A stretch of DNA of 64,000 bases from positions 238,619-302,618 of the forward strand of contig JAHJEV010000003.1 of assembly GCA_018825365.1 (NCBI GenBank). The letters run 5' to 3'. Shown here in pieces: positions 25,998 through 36,592 of the stretch; within the stretch, counting starts at the first letter, position 1; each line of letters starts with the position of its first letter. The notes below the pieces were generated by a model. The model made no database searches, had not been told where the DNA came from, and saw nothing but the letters and a program-made list of their open reading frames with translations. The DNA is from Patescibacteria group bacterium. GTDB taxonomy: Bacteria > Patescibacteriota > WWE3 > UBA101185 > UBA10185. The translations under genes and the position numbers were made by a program.

Positions 25998-27383
25998 CTA
26001 AAGGCACTTGGGACAGGCTTTGTCTAAAAGCTTTAGCTTAACCATAACTCTTCTCACATTAAACATAAATTCCGAGTCTTTAATTGACCAAAGCCAGGAT
26101 GTGTTTTTGTTACCCTGATCATAAGCGGCATGCCATATACCATCGAAGAAAAACATTCCAAATATCTGAACAAGAACAGAGAAAATTAAAGTTCCAATAA
26201 AAGCCTTTTTGTATTTTTTATAAATATCAGAATTTAAAAAAGGAACGATCAAAAGAATTAAATAAGGAATAACGTCCGAGCTCATTCTGTAACCAAATGA
26301 GTAACCTCCATACCAATGCTTCCATAAACTTATGATAAAGGTGTGAAAGATTACAATAAGGAAATAAACTAAATATTGGATATTTTCGTGCCAGCCTTTT
26401 CTCATAGCAATACAAAAGCCAATAATAGAAAACACAAAAATTGGAGAATAAACCAAAATACCTTTACTCGGAGACAACCAAACACCAATCAAACTCACCG
26501 GGAAGGGAGACACCCAACTTCCCAAAAGCTGGGTTGCATAACCTTGGTTTTGTATACCTACATAGTATTTGTTGTTATACCAAAGAAAAAATAATACGTT
26601 TAAAGCAAGTCCCACAAGAATACATAGGGCTGCCTTTGTAAAGATTTTTAAATTTGCTGATTTCATAAAAACCAATGTCACAATAAAAGCAAGGCCTAAT
26701 AGTGCTGTCGGACGGGAAAGGATTGCTAATCCGAAAAACAAACCCGACAGAAAAACGTCTGGAAGCTTCTTATCTTTGTCCATGCTGTTTAGGTAGTTAA
26801 GAATAAAGTAAAGGCCTAAGATTGAAAACATTTGAAGAGTCCCGTGTTGCCACATTGACTGAGAAACCATCGCAAAGTTTACCGTTCCAAAAATATAAGC
26901 GATTGTAAGAAGTAAAGATTTCTTCTCATCAAGAAAGTGCTTTTTGAGCAAGATATATAAGAACGTTCCGGAAGCCGAAACTATTAACATTGAGGAAATC
27001 TTTGATAAGAAAATCATATTTTCCCAAGTTACAGGCATACCAAGTTTTATCGGAAGATAAAATACCGGGAGAGATACTAAAGGAGTGATAATAGGAAAAG
27101 CTGAAAGATAGTGATTATTAACTTTTTCTAGGTAATACGGGGTTAGTCCCCTAAGTTGATTTTTGTCATCCGGTTGGGGATACCTTTGAATCATAGTATT
27201 GTAATAGGAATCCAGATACAGAGTCTTTTCCTTTATTATCGAGGCGGGAAGAAATAACGCAGGGACAGTATCTTCAGATTGGACAACAAGTCTGTTTATT
27301 CCTGTTTTATAAACGAATATCCAAGAAAAAAAGAGTACAAAAAAAGAAATAAAAAATAATTTTAGTGAAATATATTTTCCCAT
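25998..27383 (-). CDS. GT-C-fold membrane glycosyltransferase-like protein
   Basis: Polytopic; acidic 'QSED' after TM1; SQSMWQH, LSRP, SPSKGILVYSP and WYGGYSFGYR motifs. Confidence 0.75.
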   Translation of the reverse strand: MGKYISLKLFFISFFVLFFSWIFVYKTGINRLVVQSEDTVPALFLPASIIKEKTLYLDSYYNTMIQRYPQPDDKNQLRGLTPYYLEKVNNHYLSAFPIITPLVSLPVFYLPIKLGMPVTWENMIFLSKISSMLIVSASGTFLYILLKKHFLDEKKSLLLTIAYIFGTVNFAMVSQSMWQHGTLQMFSILGLYFILNYLNSMDKDKKLPDVFLSGLFFGLAILSRPTALLGLAFIVTLVFMKSANLKIFTKAALCILVGLALNVLFFLWYNNKYYVGIQNQGYATQLLGSWVSPFPVSLIGVWLSPSKGILVYSPIFVFSIIGFCIAMRKGWHENIQYLVYFLIVIFHTFIISLWKHWYGGYSFGYRMSSDVIPYLILLIVPFLNSDIYKKYKKAFIGTLIFSVLVQIFGMFFFDGIWHAAYDQGNKNTSWLWSIKDSEFMFNVRRVMVKLKLLDKACPKCL

Positions 27384-27456
27384 TGATTTAATAATACATT
27401 ACGGGGGCCATTTTGGAGATCATAAGAGTATTTTACTACCACTGCGTATGGAGAAA

Positions 27457-27729
27457 TTACTTATAATTTTCTAATAGTTTAATGTAGTAATCCTTAAAAT
27501 TCTCTGACCATTTCTCCGCGTATGTCTCGTTTTCAACCAAATTTCTAAGATCAATAAGTATATCTTTACCTCGTAAATTACTTATCTTTTTTGATAACTT
27601 CTCAAAAGCACTTTTTGTAGTATAAGACTCTGCGCCATCTTTTAGTAATTTTTCCTTGTTAGGAACAATTTTTCTGTTTCTGTATTCGGGATAGTTAACA
27701 TATTTTGTATACCATCTTAAATAGAACAA
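27457..27729 (-). pseudogene. C-terminal remnant of a second AbiEii-like nucleotidyltransferase
   Basis: YLRWY..PN..LL..AFEKLSKKI..DILIDLRNL..YAEKW resembles AbiEii C-termini. It lacks the FKGGT/DxD N-terminus and a good start. Confidence 0.5.
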
Positions 27730-27870
27730 AACCTCAGGAGTTTTAGTTTCTATGAGCTACTGAGATAAGACAAAAGAATTTCTTACACCTTGTTTAGGCA
27801 TTACTATGAAATTGGGAGAAATTTATTAATTTGTGCAAAAGTACCACAGATTATCTATATTAACCCGTTT

Positions 27871-29556
27871 TTACCTAAATTTGTATAAAATCGCCGAATT
27901 CATCGTAACGGAACCCGCTTCTATAACCTGTAAAAATTTGAAGATCCTACGCTCGGATGGACCCTCCCCTTTGAAATCAATAATGTGCACAAGTTGGGGG
28001 CTATTCTCAAAAAAAACTGCGCTCTCGCTTTTGTCGACCATATAAAAATAAACCAAATACTTCGCACCCATGTATTGAGCTTCTTCCAGCCCAGAAGCGG
28101 TATTAAGAAGGTTTGTGAAATCTTCAGACACAAAACCCGTTGGTTTACTTTCATAAAATCGAGGATTTATTAGAGGTTGCTTATAAGCCGTCATCCAAAA
28201 AATAGCTTCGTTGGTTTTACTGTAGGGATATATAACCACAGGAGACTTTGAGAAGGCCGTTGTTCCAACGTATGAGTAAACTTCTGGTGGGGATCCAATA
28301 TGGGTTACTTTTAATGGGATAAAAAATTCAGAGACACTAAAAAGTGCCAGGATTACGAGAACAGATCGTATTACTAAAGGATTTATTTTCCTACTAGTCA
28401 ATAGATTTACCAACGCGCGGTAACCGTATCCGGTAAATATCAAAGTCAAAAACAAAATTAAAATACCCGCCCGTACCAAAACCCTAAACATCGGAAAAAT
28501 TTCAAACAGGATGTAACTTGGAGAATAAAACGTCATGTTTTTTAGGATAAACACTGGAGACATAGTTAAAAGTATGAGTGCGATGGTGGTTATTAAAAGT
28601 GCCGGGTAATTAATAGGTCTATCTCGTTTGGAACGAAATAACGAAAAAATCCCAACCAAAGCCAGGATCGTGTTTACCCAACCTAGATAAGAGGCGGAAT
28701 GTTCAGCTTTAAAATAGTTTTGTGTTAGATAATTTCCTCCGCTGGAGAGTTGATTTAAAAATTGTTTTGAAAGTTCACCGAAGAAAGGGTTGTCCACGGA
28801 GGGCAAAAGATAATACCAAGGCCGCGAGGAAAAGACTATGAAATCCTCAAAAGGCCTATTCAAAGCCTTACTGTCGGTATTTTCCTCTATCCGTGCTCTA
28901 GGCGCAAAAAAATTAGACTTTACGTAGGGTGCTAAAAATGTGGCTGAGAGAAAAATAAATACCACCAATGTTTTAACAATATCTCTCCAAGATTTTTTTA
29001 TAACGTTAATTTTTGACTCAGAAAAGATAAACTTAAACACCAAATAGATTGAGGTAAATAAAAGCGTAAAGTATCCGAGGTAGTTACTGATTCCAATAAT
29101 TAAGGTCAGTAAAAGTCCTAAAAATACAGCCTTGTGACGACTTTTAGAGAAAAAAAGAGTATCCAAAAACCAAATCACTGGCCAAAACTGCAGTAAGTCA
29201 ATATGCGAGCGACTCTGATAAGCTAAATAGGGACAACTTAGCAGTATCGTGGCTAGCAAAACTGCAACAAAGCGTCCAAAAATTTTCTTAAAAAAACGAA
29301 AAGCAAAAAAGAAATTTAGAGCCAGGCCGCCTAAAACTATAAGATTGTAAGCGAGTATGGGGTCGATCAATTTTGCGAGTAAAAAAACGGGAATAAAAAT
29401 TAAAGGTTGGTTATTGGCAAACAAATTTTGACAAATGCCAGTAGGATAACCTAAATAATCAGTGCAGCCCACTAAAACGTTGCTAATATGGCGGGGAATT
29501 GCAAAAAAACCCGCGTTGTCCTCTATAATGCCTATAAGATAGTTATTAAGAATCAT
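27871..29556 (-). CDS. GT-C-like membrane protein (YfhO-like)
   Basis: Polytopic; PILAYN, FSSRPWYYLLP, YLGW and FPMFRVLVR motifs; soluble C-terminal domain. Confidence 0.7.
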   Translation of the reverse strand: MILNNYLIGIIEDNAGFFAIPRHISNVLVGCTDYLGYPTGICQNLFANNQPLIFIPVFLLAKLIDPILAYNLIVLGGLALNFFFAFRFFKKIFGRFVAVLLATILLSCPYLAYQSRSHIDLLQFWPVIWFLDTLFFSKSRHKAVFLGLLLTLIIGISNYLGYFTLLFTSIYLVFKFIFSESKINVIKKSWRDIVKTLVVFIFLSATFLAPYVKSNFFAPRARIEENTDSKALNRPFEDFIVFSSRPWYYLLPSVDNPFFGELSKQFLNQLSSGGNYLTQNYFKAEHSASYLGWVNTILALVGIFSLFRSKRDRPINYPALLITTIALILLTMSPVFILKNMTFYSPSYILFEIFPMFRVLVRAGILILFLTLIFTGYGYRALVNLLTSRKINPLVIRSVLVILALFSVSEFFIPLKVTHIGSPPEVYSYVGTTAFSKSPVVIYPYSKTNEAIFWMTAYKQPLINPRFYESKPTGFVSEDFTNLLNTASGLEEAQYMGAKYLVYFYMVDKSESAVFFENSPQLVHIIDFKGEGPSERRIFKFLQVIEAGSVTMNSAILYKFR

Positions 29557-29710
29557 AGCTCTATAGATATGTTATCAAAAATAACGGTACAAACCCAGCT
29601 CGGCGACCGATTTTATAAGCAGTGACAGTGGTATTTTTATTAATTAGATAGTTGATGTAAATCTCCTCACCCTGAGTGCTACCTAATTAACACGTATTTT
29701 AGTCGTGAGT

Positions 29711-30601
29711 TTAAATGTCATTCCCAATAGCTGAGTTAATTTTTATAACAGATGTGAGTTCTTTTATACTCATAAGAGGACAGTTCGCGATGTAATCTTC
29801 GTGTTTTTTCTCACCAGGTGAAGCTCCGATAGTCTCTATTGAAGAATATTTATTTCCTCTTACCTTCAGAAATGCCTGTGCCAGACTTTTTAGTTTAAAC
29901 TTTTTTGTATATTCCAAAGGGTAAAATATTTTACTACTGTCAGGATTAGTTGCTAATCCCACATCTACTAAAAACTTAGCGGCATCAGGAATATTAATAA
30001 AATACCTTGTCATTTCTGGATCAGTTATCTTTATTTTATTATCTTTTTTAAGCTGTTGTTCCCACAAAGGCAATACAGAACCCCTGGACCCTAAAAGATT
30101 TGGGCATCTAGCAATAATAAAAGTTGTGCCACTGTAAAGGTCAACACTCTCCTTCACAAGATACTCTGCAAGAAGTTTTGTAGCACCATAACAATTAGTA
30201 ACGTTTATTGCTTTATCTGATGAGACATATATCAAACGTTTAATAAGTTGGCTCGAATTCAGAATATTTAGAAGTCCGAGTATATTAACTCTGTGCGCTT
30301 CTCGAGGGTTTTGCTCTGCTAAAGATACATGCTTAATTGCGGCTGTATGGAATACAACATCGATGTCCTTCATTGCGTTAGCAATAAGTTCCTTATCAGC
30401 GATATCTCCTAGTTTAAACCTAACAAAACTGGAATTTATTTCATTTTCAGCTTCTTTTATTAGTCCTTCATCTCTGCTAATTGAAAGTATTTTCTCTGCC
30501 CCAAGATCCAAAAGTCTTTTGATAATATTTCTTCCTAACGAACCGCTCCCCCCAGTTATTAGAAATCTAGTATTTTTAATGGGTAACATTTTTTTATTCA
30601 T
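29711..30601 (-). CDS. UDP-GlcNAc 4,6-dehydratase-like SDR (PseB/FlaA1/CapD family)
   Basis: TGGSGSLG, SRDE, HTAAIKHV, SDKA, YGATK, GSRGSV, ITDPEMTRY and PGEKKHE motifs. Confidence 0.88.
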   Translation of the reverse strand: MNKKMLPIKNTRFLITGGSGSLGRNIIKRLLDLGAEKILSISRDEGLIKEAENEINSSFVRFKLGDIADKELIANAMKDIDVVFHTAAIKHVSLAEQNPREAHRVNILGLLNILNSSQLIKRLIYVSSDKAINVTNCYGATKLLAEYLVKESVDLYSGTTFIIARCPNLLGSRGSVLPLWEQQLKKDNKIKITDPEMTRYFINIPDAAKFLVDVGLATNPDSSKIFYPLEYTKKFKLKSLAQAFLKVRGNKYSSIETIGASPGEKKHEDYIANCPLMSIKELTSVIKINSAIGNDI

Positions 30602-30818
30602 ACGTCAGTATTCAACAATGTTACAATAAATAAATAATGCTGTAAACTTATGTATCTAGTGTTCAAAAATAACTTTCTATTCAGAACTGTGTCTTATTTA
30701 TAGTCTCTCTCGTAATTCTAATTTCGGGTATACTTATTTTGTCAGGCAGAAAGTCCCATAAGTGCTGTGCCGAAAGTATTCACATAGTTATCCATAAATA
30801 ACTTTTCAGGTACTGATT

Positions 30819-31505
30819 ATGAAAGACATTTATAAAAATAAGTACACAAAAAGTAACGATTTGGAGTTAATCCATAGCACCAGAATTAAAGTAATGCGTG
30901 AAATGATTAAATGTTCGGGTATTGATACCGATAACTCTACGGTACTGGATTTCGGTTGTTATGATGGAACCTTTTTGAGTCTTTTAAGTCCCAATAAGAA
31001 AAATTTATTTGGTATTGAGGCGAGCGATTACGGGGTCAAGTCATGTAGAGAAAAGTCACTAAACGTAAAACAGTTTTATCTAGAAGATACAACAATCATA
31101 CCCTTTGATGACGCGACCTTTGACCTGCTTGTAGCCGGTGAGATTATTGAGCATATTTACGACACTGATCACTTACTTGAAGAATTTTACAGGGTACTAA
31201 AACAAAAAGGTAAGTTAATTATCTCCACGCCCAATATAAGTTCCCTAGGCCGAAGATTACTCCTTCTGGTGGGTAAAAACCCTATCATTGAACTGTCACC
31301 AAATGAAACTGATAGTAGCGGGCATATAAGATATTTCACTTTTAGTACGCTTACTGATTTATTAAAGAAACATTTCTTTAAGGTCGTTGATAAACGTTCC
31401 GACGTTGTAAACCTTTCAGGAGACGGCAAATTAAGGCTTACGACTCCCGCGAGACTTCTTCCCTCAATTGGTCAGAGCATAATTATTTTAGCTGTAAAAG
31501 ATTAG
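30819..31505 (+). CDS. Class I SAM-dependent methyltransferase
   Basis: VLDFGCYDG, EIIEHIYD, STPN and HIRYFT motifs. Confidence 0.9.
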   Translation: MKDIYKNKYTKSNDLELIHSTRIKVMREMIKCSGIDTDNSTVLDFGCYDGTFLSLLSPNKKNLFGIEASDYGVKSCREKSLNVKQFYLEDTTIIPFDDATFDLLVAGEIIEHIYDTDHLLEEFYRVLKQKGKLIISTPNISSLGRRLLLLVGKNPIIELSPNETDSSGHIRYFTFSTLTDLLKKHFFKVVDKRSDVVNLSGDGKLRLTTPARLLPSIGQSIIILAVKD

Positions 31506-31530
31506 ACGATATCTACTAGTAACGTATGAC

Positions 31531-31818
31531 CTAATATTCCCGCCTAAGATAGAAAAACACTGTTACACATAGAAACAAATAAAAAAGTGCTGATGAGTTT
31601 AAGTAAATCTTCTCTATTCCAATAAGGGAGGCCAGTAGCGTTAAGCTTAAAAAAGCTGCTGAAAGTATAAGACTGATCCCCGGGGCAACTTTAAAGGACT
31701 TTACTGCAATAAACCAGGAAACCAGGATCAGAATGTAAGTCACTATATATAAATCTGGAAAAATATAAGAAAGTAACAAAGAGAGAATAAATACTGCAAT
31801 AAGAATTTTTCTTGTCAT
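31531..31818 (-). CDS. Small membrane protein (3-4 TM)
   Basis: Hydrophobic 95-aa ORF with an ATGA overlap to the AftD-like gene. Confidence 0.7.
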   Translation of the reverse strand: MTRKILIAVFILSLLLSYIFPDLYIVTYILILVSWFIAVKSFKVAPGISLILSAAFLSLTLLASLIGIEKIYLNSSALFYLFLCVTVFFYLRREY

Positions 31819-34800
31819 TTTAAACCTCTTCTTAACCGCCCTACAACAACAAATACAGTTAATACAAATGTGAAGATTACGGACAAAATGATTCCAAAAT
31901 ACAGAATTCTTTGCGGTGTGTACTCGATTATCAGGTAATAATTGTTTAAGTTATTTGTATCTTTCGGATCTATTTTCCAAACGTTAGCGTAACCATTAAC
32001 CATAAAATGGGATTTGTCTGCGATCGACGATAAATTCCAAGTGTCAAACATATTTTTATATAAAAACAAGTCCGAGTGAGTGCCCTCATTTACTTTTCCA
32101 CCAAAGTATGAAGCCTGACGGGAATTTAGTCCGGTGTAACCCACATTTGGAACGAAGTATATTTTCCAATTGCTATTGAAATTTTCACCAAAAACTAAAT
32201 CATACGGTTTTTGAGCGCCGACCACTTTAACAACATACTTCGTTTGGTTCACCCTTATGTAATCAATACTTGGAATGTCCTCTTCTGGTGTAACTACCAA
32301 TGGTACTTTCTCTCTCAAGATAATTTTAGGACGGATATACTGAGTAACAGAAATGTTTCTGATTTTAGAAACAGACGCATTATCCTTATAAGCGTTGGAA
32401 TAAAATGCGATAAATGCATTTTTAGTATCTTTACTAGCCTTTACGACTTGTTCAAAAGTTCTGTAGCAAGAGCCTTCCTCAATATACGAGCAAGTTGCGT
32501 CGCCTTCAATATTCACATCCTCCTTATCAGATTTCCCATTAAATTCCTTTGAGTATATATTTCTGTAACTAAATGGATACAAGTCGGTAGAAAAGCTCCC
32601 GGTGTTGGAAGCCTTTGCATAATCGGGAACCTCTTCAATTACAGCGACACCTAAATTGCCATTCGTTACAGAATAATTAAACTTTATTTTGTATTCCTTA
32701 GAAGACTCCCATTCTTTAAGAGGATTAACTGTAATGGGACGGTCATATGACGCACCCTTTTTTTCGGGAGTGAATAATGTGGAAACTATCGATTGTGATC
32801 TAAGATCCAAACCGTTTAAATTATTCGAACTTACAGATTCCCACTTCTTACTGTCAACCAAATTCTTAAAAGTAGGTAACGAAAAACCATATTTATACTC
32901 CTGATCGGTATTTAACTTAACTCTTCCTAAATTAACCCAATCATCCTTTTTATTTTCACTGCTAATTAATTTCGTTAGTGTCGTATCGTGGGCAGCCATA
33001 ACTATATCAAGTGACTCGGTATTAACACTATTTAAGATTCCCGTGGTATCCAAATATACATCATATTCGCCGGATTTTGGCATAGTAAATTTATAGCAAT
33101 ATTCGGCACAGTCCGGATTTCCTACCACGGTTATCCAATCTTTTAACTTATCGTAGGACTGTAAAACTTTTGCACGTTGCTGAGGGCTTACCGAGCTGGA
33201 TAAAACTGCATCCTTGGATTTACCTATATACACAAATGTTTTGCGGACGATACCCCAGAATGCAGGGGTATATTCAGTTTCAGGTATAGATGAGAGCATT
33301 TTTTTAATAGCGCCAAGCTCCTCTACGTAACTATTAATAATCGAGTCCTTATGAGAGGGGTCTAAATCGTATTTTAATAATTCGGCAGACCTCTTGGCGG
33401 ATAACCATACATATACATCAACTTTATCCAGAACCTCGGATTTTATATATATATCTTTGAGTTCGATTAATTTAACTGCGAGGTATTTTATGCTTACTGG
33501 TGAAGTGTTAGCTTCCGGCCAGGCCCACCCTTTGTTCCAAAACATCGTACTGGCAGATAGCTGACTGATCTGTTGTTGAGGTATTACAAAAAAGTCGCTT
33601 GCGGTGTTTTGAACATTTGATGGTATTTCGTGCTTTATTCTTTCATTCGGGTCAAGATAATACACTTGAGATCTCATATCGTAATTCTCAAAATCTACCA
33701 CATTGTGAATGTCGGCCAGACTTGACTGCACATACAAGACTTTATTAGGCACATATAACTTAGGTAGGTATTTTTCGAGAGGTACTTTGTACAAAGTGAA
33801 ATACCTGTTGTCGACTAGTTGTGTAAATGAATTAGTTGTATCAAATGTAGGAACACTCATAGAATCCTTTTGCAACAGGATATGGCTAGTATTGTTGAAG
33901 ATAAAAGAATTATACAAACCGGCTCCGTTTTGAATACCAGACTTATCCTCTATACTAAGGCCATACTCGTCTTGGCGTGCTACCAGCTCCTTTTTCGAAA
34001 TCCATGTCAAAAGATCAGCGCCCGAGTATCCCCACTTTTTACTAATATAACCGTTGGAAAGAGGCAGGAACATCACTTTTGAATCTGTCTTTATAGAATC
34101 TAAGGATTTTCCCATACTCCAATATTCGTTAGGTAGTTTATAGCCTTTGCGCTCAAAGTTGCTTGAGGAATAGTTAAAAAACTTGTGTCCGAAATAAATG
34201 GGGAAAAATATCACTAGATGAATAACTATTAAGATATTTAACAATGAGTTTCCTTTTTTATATTCGCTAATTTTCGTTGCTATTAAAGCAAGAGCAAGTG
34301 AGTAAAACATTGCCGCTCCTATTGCCACGTACGCGGTTGTTCTGAACATGCGGGCCTGAGGGATGTTTACTATTATAAGTCTATAGAGATCTCCAAAAGG
34401 CGGATTTGGTCCCTTTGCAATAAAAACTAACACTAACATTGCACTAAGTAGCAATAAAAATACCTTTCTTTTTTTATTATCCCTGTTGAAAAAATAAAAT
34501 CCGCTTAGCAGAAGTGCCTGAAGGAAAAAGGTCCAAATCACAAAATACCAACTGGTTAAATAATCATGGATACCTGGATAGATATTAATGATTGCACTAT
34601 TAAAAAACCGGATAATATAAAAAATTGAAGCGGTGTGAAGGTCAGCCGACCCTCCGTATGAAGAAAGGTTACTGGAAAATCCTCCCACAGCACCCCAGAA
34701 AATGCTGTAAGTAAAAGGGATAATGACCCACAGATTCAGGCCCACAGTAATTATAAATGCCTTCGACAGATCCAAAATGAGATTTCGTATTTTTGTTGGG

Positions 34801-35411
34801 TATAGGTGCTTGTATATAGCCAGTAAGAACATGGTTGATATAGAAAAAATTATGAGTTGCTTAAGCTGGGGAAGGTCTATAAAGAAAAAGAAGTTTACGC
34901 AAAGAGCAAAGAAAACAGCGTAGATTAGCTTTTTACTTTTTAAATACTTTATGAGAAGGAAGGAGCATATAGGAAATCCGTATAGCGGTAGATATGCGTC
35001 AACAACTAGATAGTAGATCGGGTTTAGGACATAAAAAGTGGCTGCGGCTAAAGCTCCCTTTCCCACATTGGCAACCGCATTAGTAAATAATTCTTTGAAT
35101 AGCAAATAGCTGAATACAAAACCAAGAATGATTAAAGTCAGGATGAGTATTTTATGGGCAATAAAACTGGGGACTCCGATAGACCCTAATATAAAATAAA
35201 ACAGGTACCAAAAAAAATGCGAAGAATTCTGAGACTCGCTTCCGGCATCCCACATAAAAGATTTATTCACGTTGTTTAAAGGGTTAAGAGGAAACATCAC
35301 ATCCCCACCAATGTAGTAATTCTTATCCATCATTGAACAGGCAAAAACTACCAAAGCCACGACAAAGGCTAATTCAATTGCATGGGTTTTTAGATAATTA
35401 ATTATTTTCAT
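31815..35411 (-). CDS. Large AftD/DUF3367-like GT-C protein with extracellular beta-rich domains
   Basis: GGDVMFPLNP, FYVLNP, NLWVIIP, KGPNPPFG and MFR motifs. About 700-aa soluble region ending in VNQTKYVV..LVFGENFNSNW..HFMVNGYANVW..EYTPQ plus a C-terminal TM. Confidence 0.75.
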   Translation of the reverse strand: MKIINYLKTHAIELAFVVALVVFACSMMDKNYYIGGDVMFPLNPLNNVNKSFMWDAGSESQNSSHFFWYLFYFILGSIGVPSFIAHKILILTLIILGFVFSYLLFKELFTNAVANVGKGALAAATFYVLNPIYYLVVDAYLPLYGFPICSFLLIKYLKSKKLIYAVFFALCVNFFFFIDLPQLKQLIIFSISTMFLLAIYKHLYPTKIRNLILDLSKAFIITVGLNLWVIIPFTYSIFWGAVGGFSSNLSSYGGSADLHTASIFYIIRFFNSAIINIYPGIHDYLTSWYFVIWTFFLQALLLSGFYFFNRDNKKRKVFLLLLSAMLVLVFIAKGPNPPFGDLYRLIIVNIPQARMFRTTAYVAIGAAMFYSLALALIATKISEYKKGNSLLNILIVIHLVIFFPIYFGHKFFNYSSSNFERKGYKLPNEYWSMGKSLDSIKTDSKVMFLPLSNGYISKKWGYSGADLLTWISKKELVARQDEYGLSIEDKSGIQNGAGLYNSFIFNNTSHILLQKDSMSVPTFDTTNSFTQLVDNRYFTLYKVPLEKYLPKLYVPNKVLYVQSSLADIHNVVDFENYDMRSQVYYLDPNERIKHEIPSNVQNTASDFFVIPQQQISQLSASTMFWNKGWAWPEANTSPVSIKYLAVKLIELKDIYIKSEVLDKVDVYVWLSAKRSAELLKYDLDPSHKDSIINSYVEELGAIKKMLSSIPETEYTPAFWGIVRKTFVYIGKSKDAVLSSSVSPQQRAKVLQSYDKLKDWITVVGNPDCAEYCYKFTMPKSGEYDVYLDTTGILNSVNTESLDIVMAAHDTTLTKLISSENKKDDWVNLGRVKLNTDQEYKYGFSLPTFKNLVDSKKWESVSSNNLNGLDLRSQSIVSTLFTPEKKGASYDRPITVNPLKEWESSKEYKIKFNYSVTNGNLGVAVIEEVPDYAKASNTGSFSTDLYPFSYRNIYSKEFNGKSDKEDVNIEGDATCSYIEEGSCYRTFEQVVKASKDTKNAFIAFYSNAYKDNASVSKIRNISVTQYIRPKIILREKVPLVVTPEEDIPSIDYIRVNQTKYVVKVVGAQKPYDLVFGENFNSNWKIYFVPNVGYTGLNSRQASYFGGKVNEGTHSDLFLYKNMFDTWNLSSIADKSHFMVNGYANVWKIDPKDTNNLNNYYLIIEYTPQRILYFGIILSVIFTFVLTVFVVVGRLRRGLK

Positions 35412-35461
35412 ATGTCCCGATAATAGTTTTTTAACCTGTCTTGAAATTCACTTGCCATATT

Positions 35462-36592
35462 TTAATATCCAAAAGCTGAAAGTTCTATTGACGCGATAGT
35501 GTCCCATGAATATTTGTCTAACAGCACCATTCCTGCCCTATTTATAAAATCTCCACTTTTTAACAAACTCAATACTTTGGCTGCAGTTGCCATAGTATCA
35601 CCTTTCTTTACAAAATAAACCTCATCTTTAACATACAGCGGTTTATACGCATCCAAATCGTATGCAATACACTTAAGCCCACTGCAGACTGCCTCTAAAA
35701 GAGAGACCCCAAAGCTCTCATTAGGGCTTAAAAACAGGTATATTTTACTGCTTCCAATAATATCAAATTTCTCTCTTCCTGCTTTGAATCCAAGCATTAT
35801 TACATTTTTTTGCAAACCAAGTTCGTTTACTTTTTTCTGAAAAGAACTTTCGGAGGAATCGTCGCCCCTTCCCATCAAAGCTAGTAGAAAATCGGGGTAC
35901 TCTTTTTTTACAATAAGCAGTACTTTAAGCAAGTCATAAACCCCCTTGGTTTCATTAATTCTACCAACAAACAGGGCGTCATATTTATACACACCCCGGG
36001 GTTTTGTCTCTTTAATCAGCTCTACTTCCACAGCACAACCAGTTATATGAATAACACCTTTCTTAAAACCTCTGTCTAACATAAAATTGTTTAGGTCTTG
36101 GGTGATTACAAAAATAGCATCAGCCTTTTTTAATAAAAGTAAGCTCATTTCAAAAAAAATATAGGCCAGAAGCTTAATATATTTATTACCAGGCTCTTTA
36201 TATGACACTGTGTTATCAAAATTCACGCCCCATATAAACTTTTCCCCGAATATTTTAAGAAGATATGGAATAAGAAGAAGATCTAAAACCGCTGACAAAG
36301 AATATATAACATCAAAACTTGATTGCCTAATTAGCTTTATATATTTTAGAGCAAACAAATTGCGCTTCATGAATTCGAATATTAGCACTATCCGATTAGT
36401 CGGGTTTACAGCGTTATCGATAGTGTAGTAGGTAATATTTCCTAAATTCTTTTCGTATGCCTGTTTGGCGTCCTTGGTGCACAGCATGTGTATATCGCAA
36501 CCGTTTTTCTGCCAATAACGAATCTTTGAAATTACCGGTACCCGATTATTTCCTACTATAAAACTTAAATCATTTATCAGTATTTTTTTCAT
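35462..36592 (-). CDS. Glycosyltransferase family 4
   Basis: FVGRINETKG and ESFGVSLLEA motifs. Confidence 0.9.
   Translation of the reverse strand: MKKILINDLSFIVGNNRVPVISKIRYWQKNGCDIHMLCTKDAKQAYEKNLGNITYYTIDNAVNPTNRIVLIFEFMKRNLFALKYIKLIRQSSFDVIYSLSAVLDLLLIPYLLKIFGEKFIWGVNFDNTVSYKEPGNKYIKLLAYIFFEMSLLLLKKADAIFVITQDLNNFMLDRGFKKGVIHITGCAVEVELIKETKPRGVYKYDALFVGRINETKGVYDLLKVLLIVKKEYPDFLLALMGRGDDSSESSFQKKVNELGLQKNVIMLGFKAGREKFDIIGSSKIYLFLSPNESFGVSLLEAVCSGLKCIAYDLDAYKPLYVKDEVYFVKKGDTMATAAKVLSLLKSGDFINRAGMVLLDKYSWDTIASIELSAFGY

Noticed and set aside
27771-27806. Short minus-strand frame MPKQGVRNSFVLSQ upstream of the AbiEii-like remnant as a possible AbiEi start
   Set aside because: Too short to support homology by eye.
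30650-30800. Spacer with DnaA-box-like words (TATTCACA, TTATCCATA) and a hydrophobic broken frame (IVSLVILISGILILSGRK)
   Set aside because: Only two mismatched boxes and no origin context; the frame has no start. Probably a gene remnant, too weak to call.
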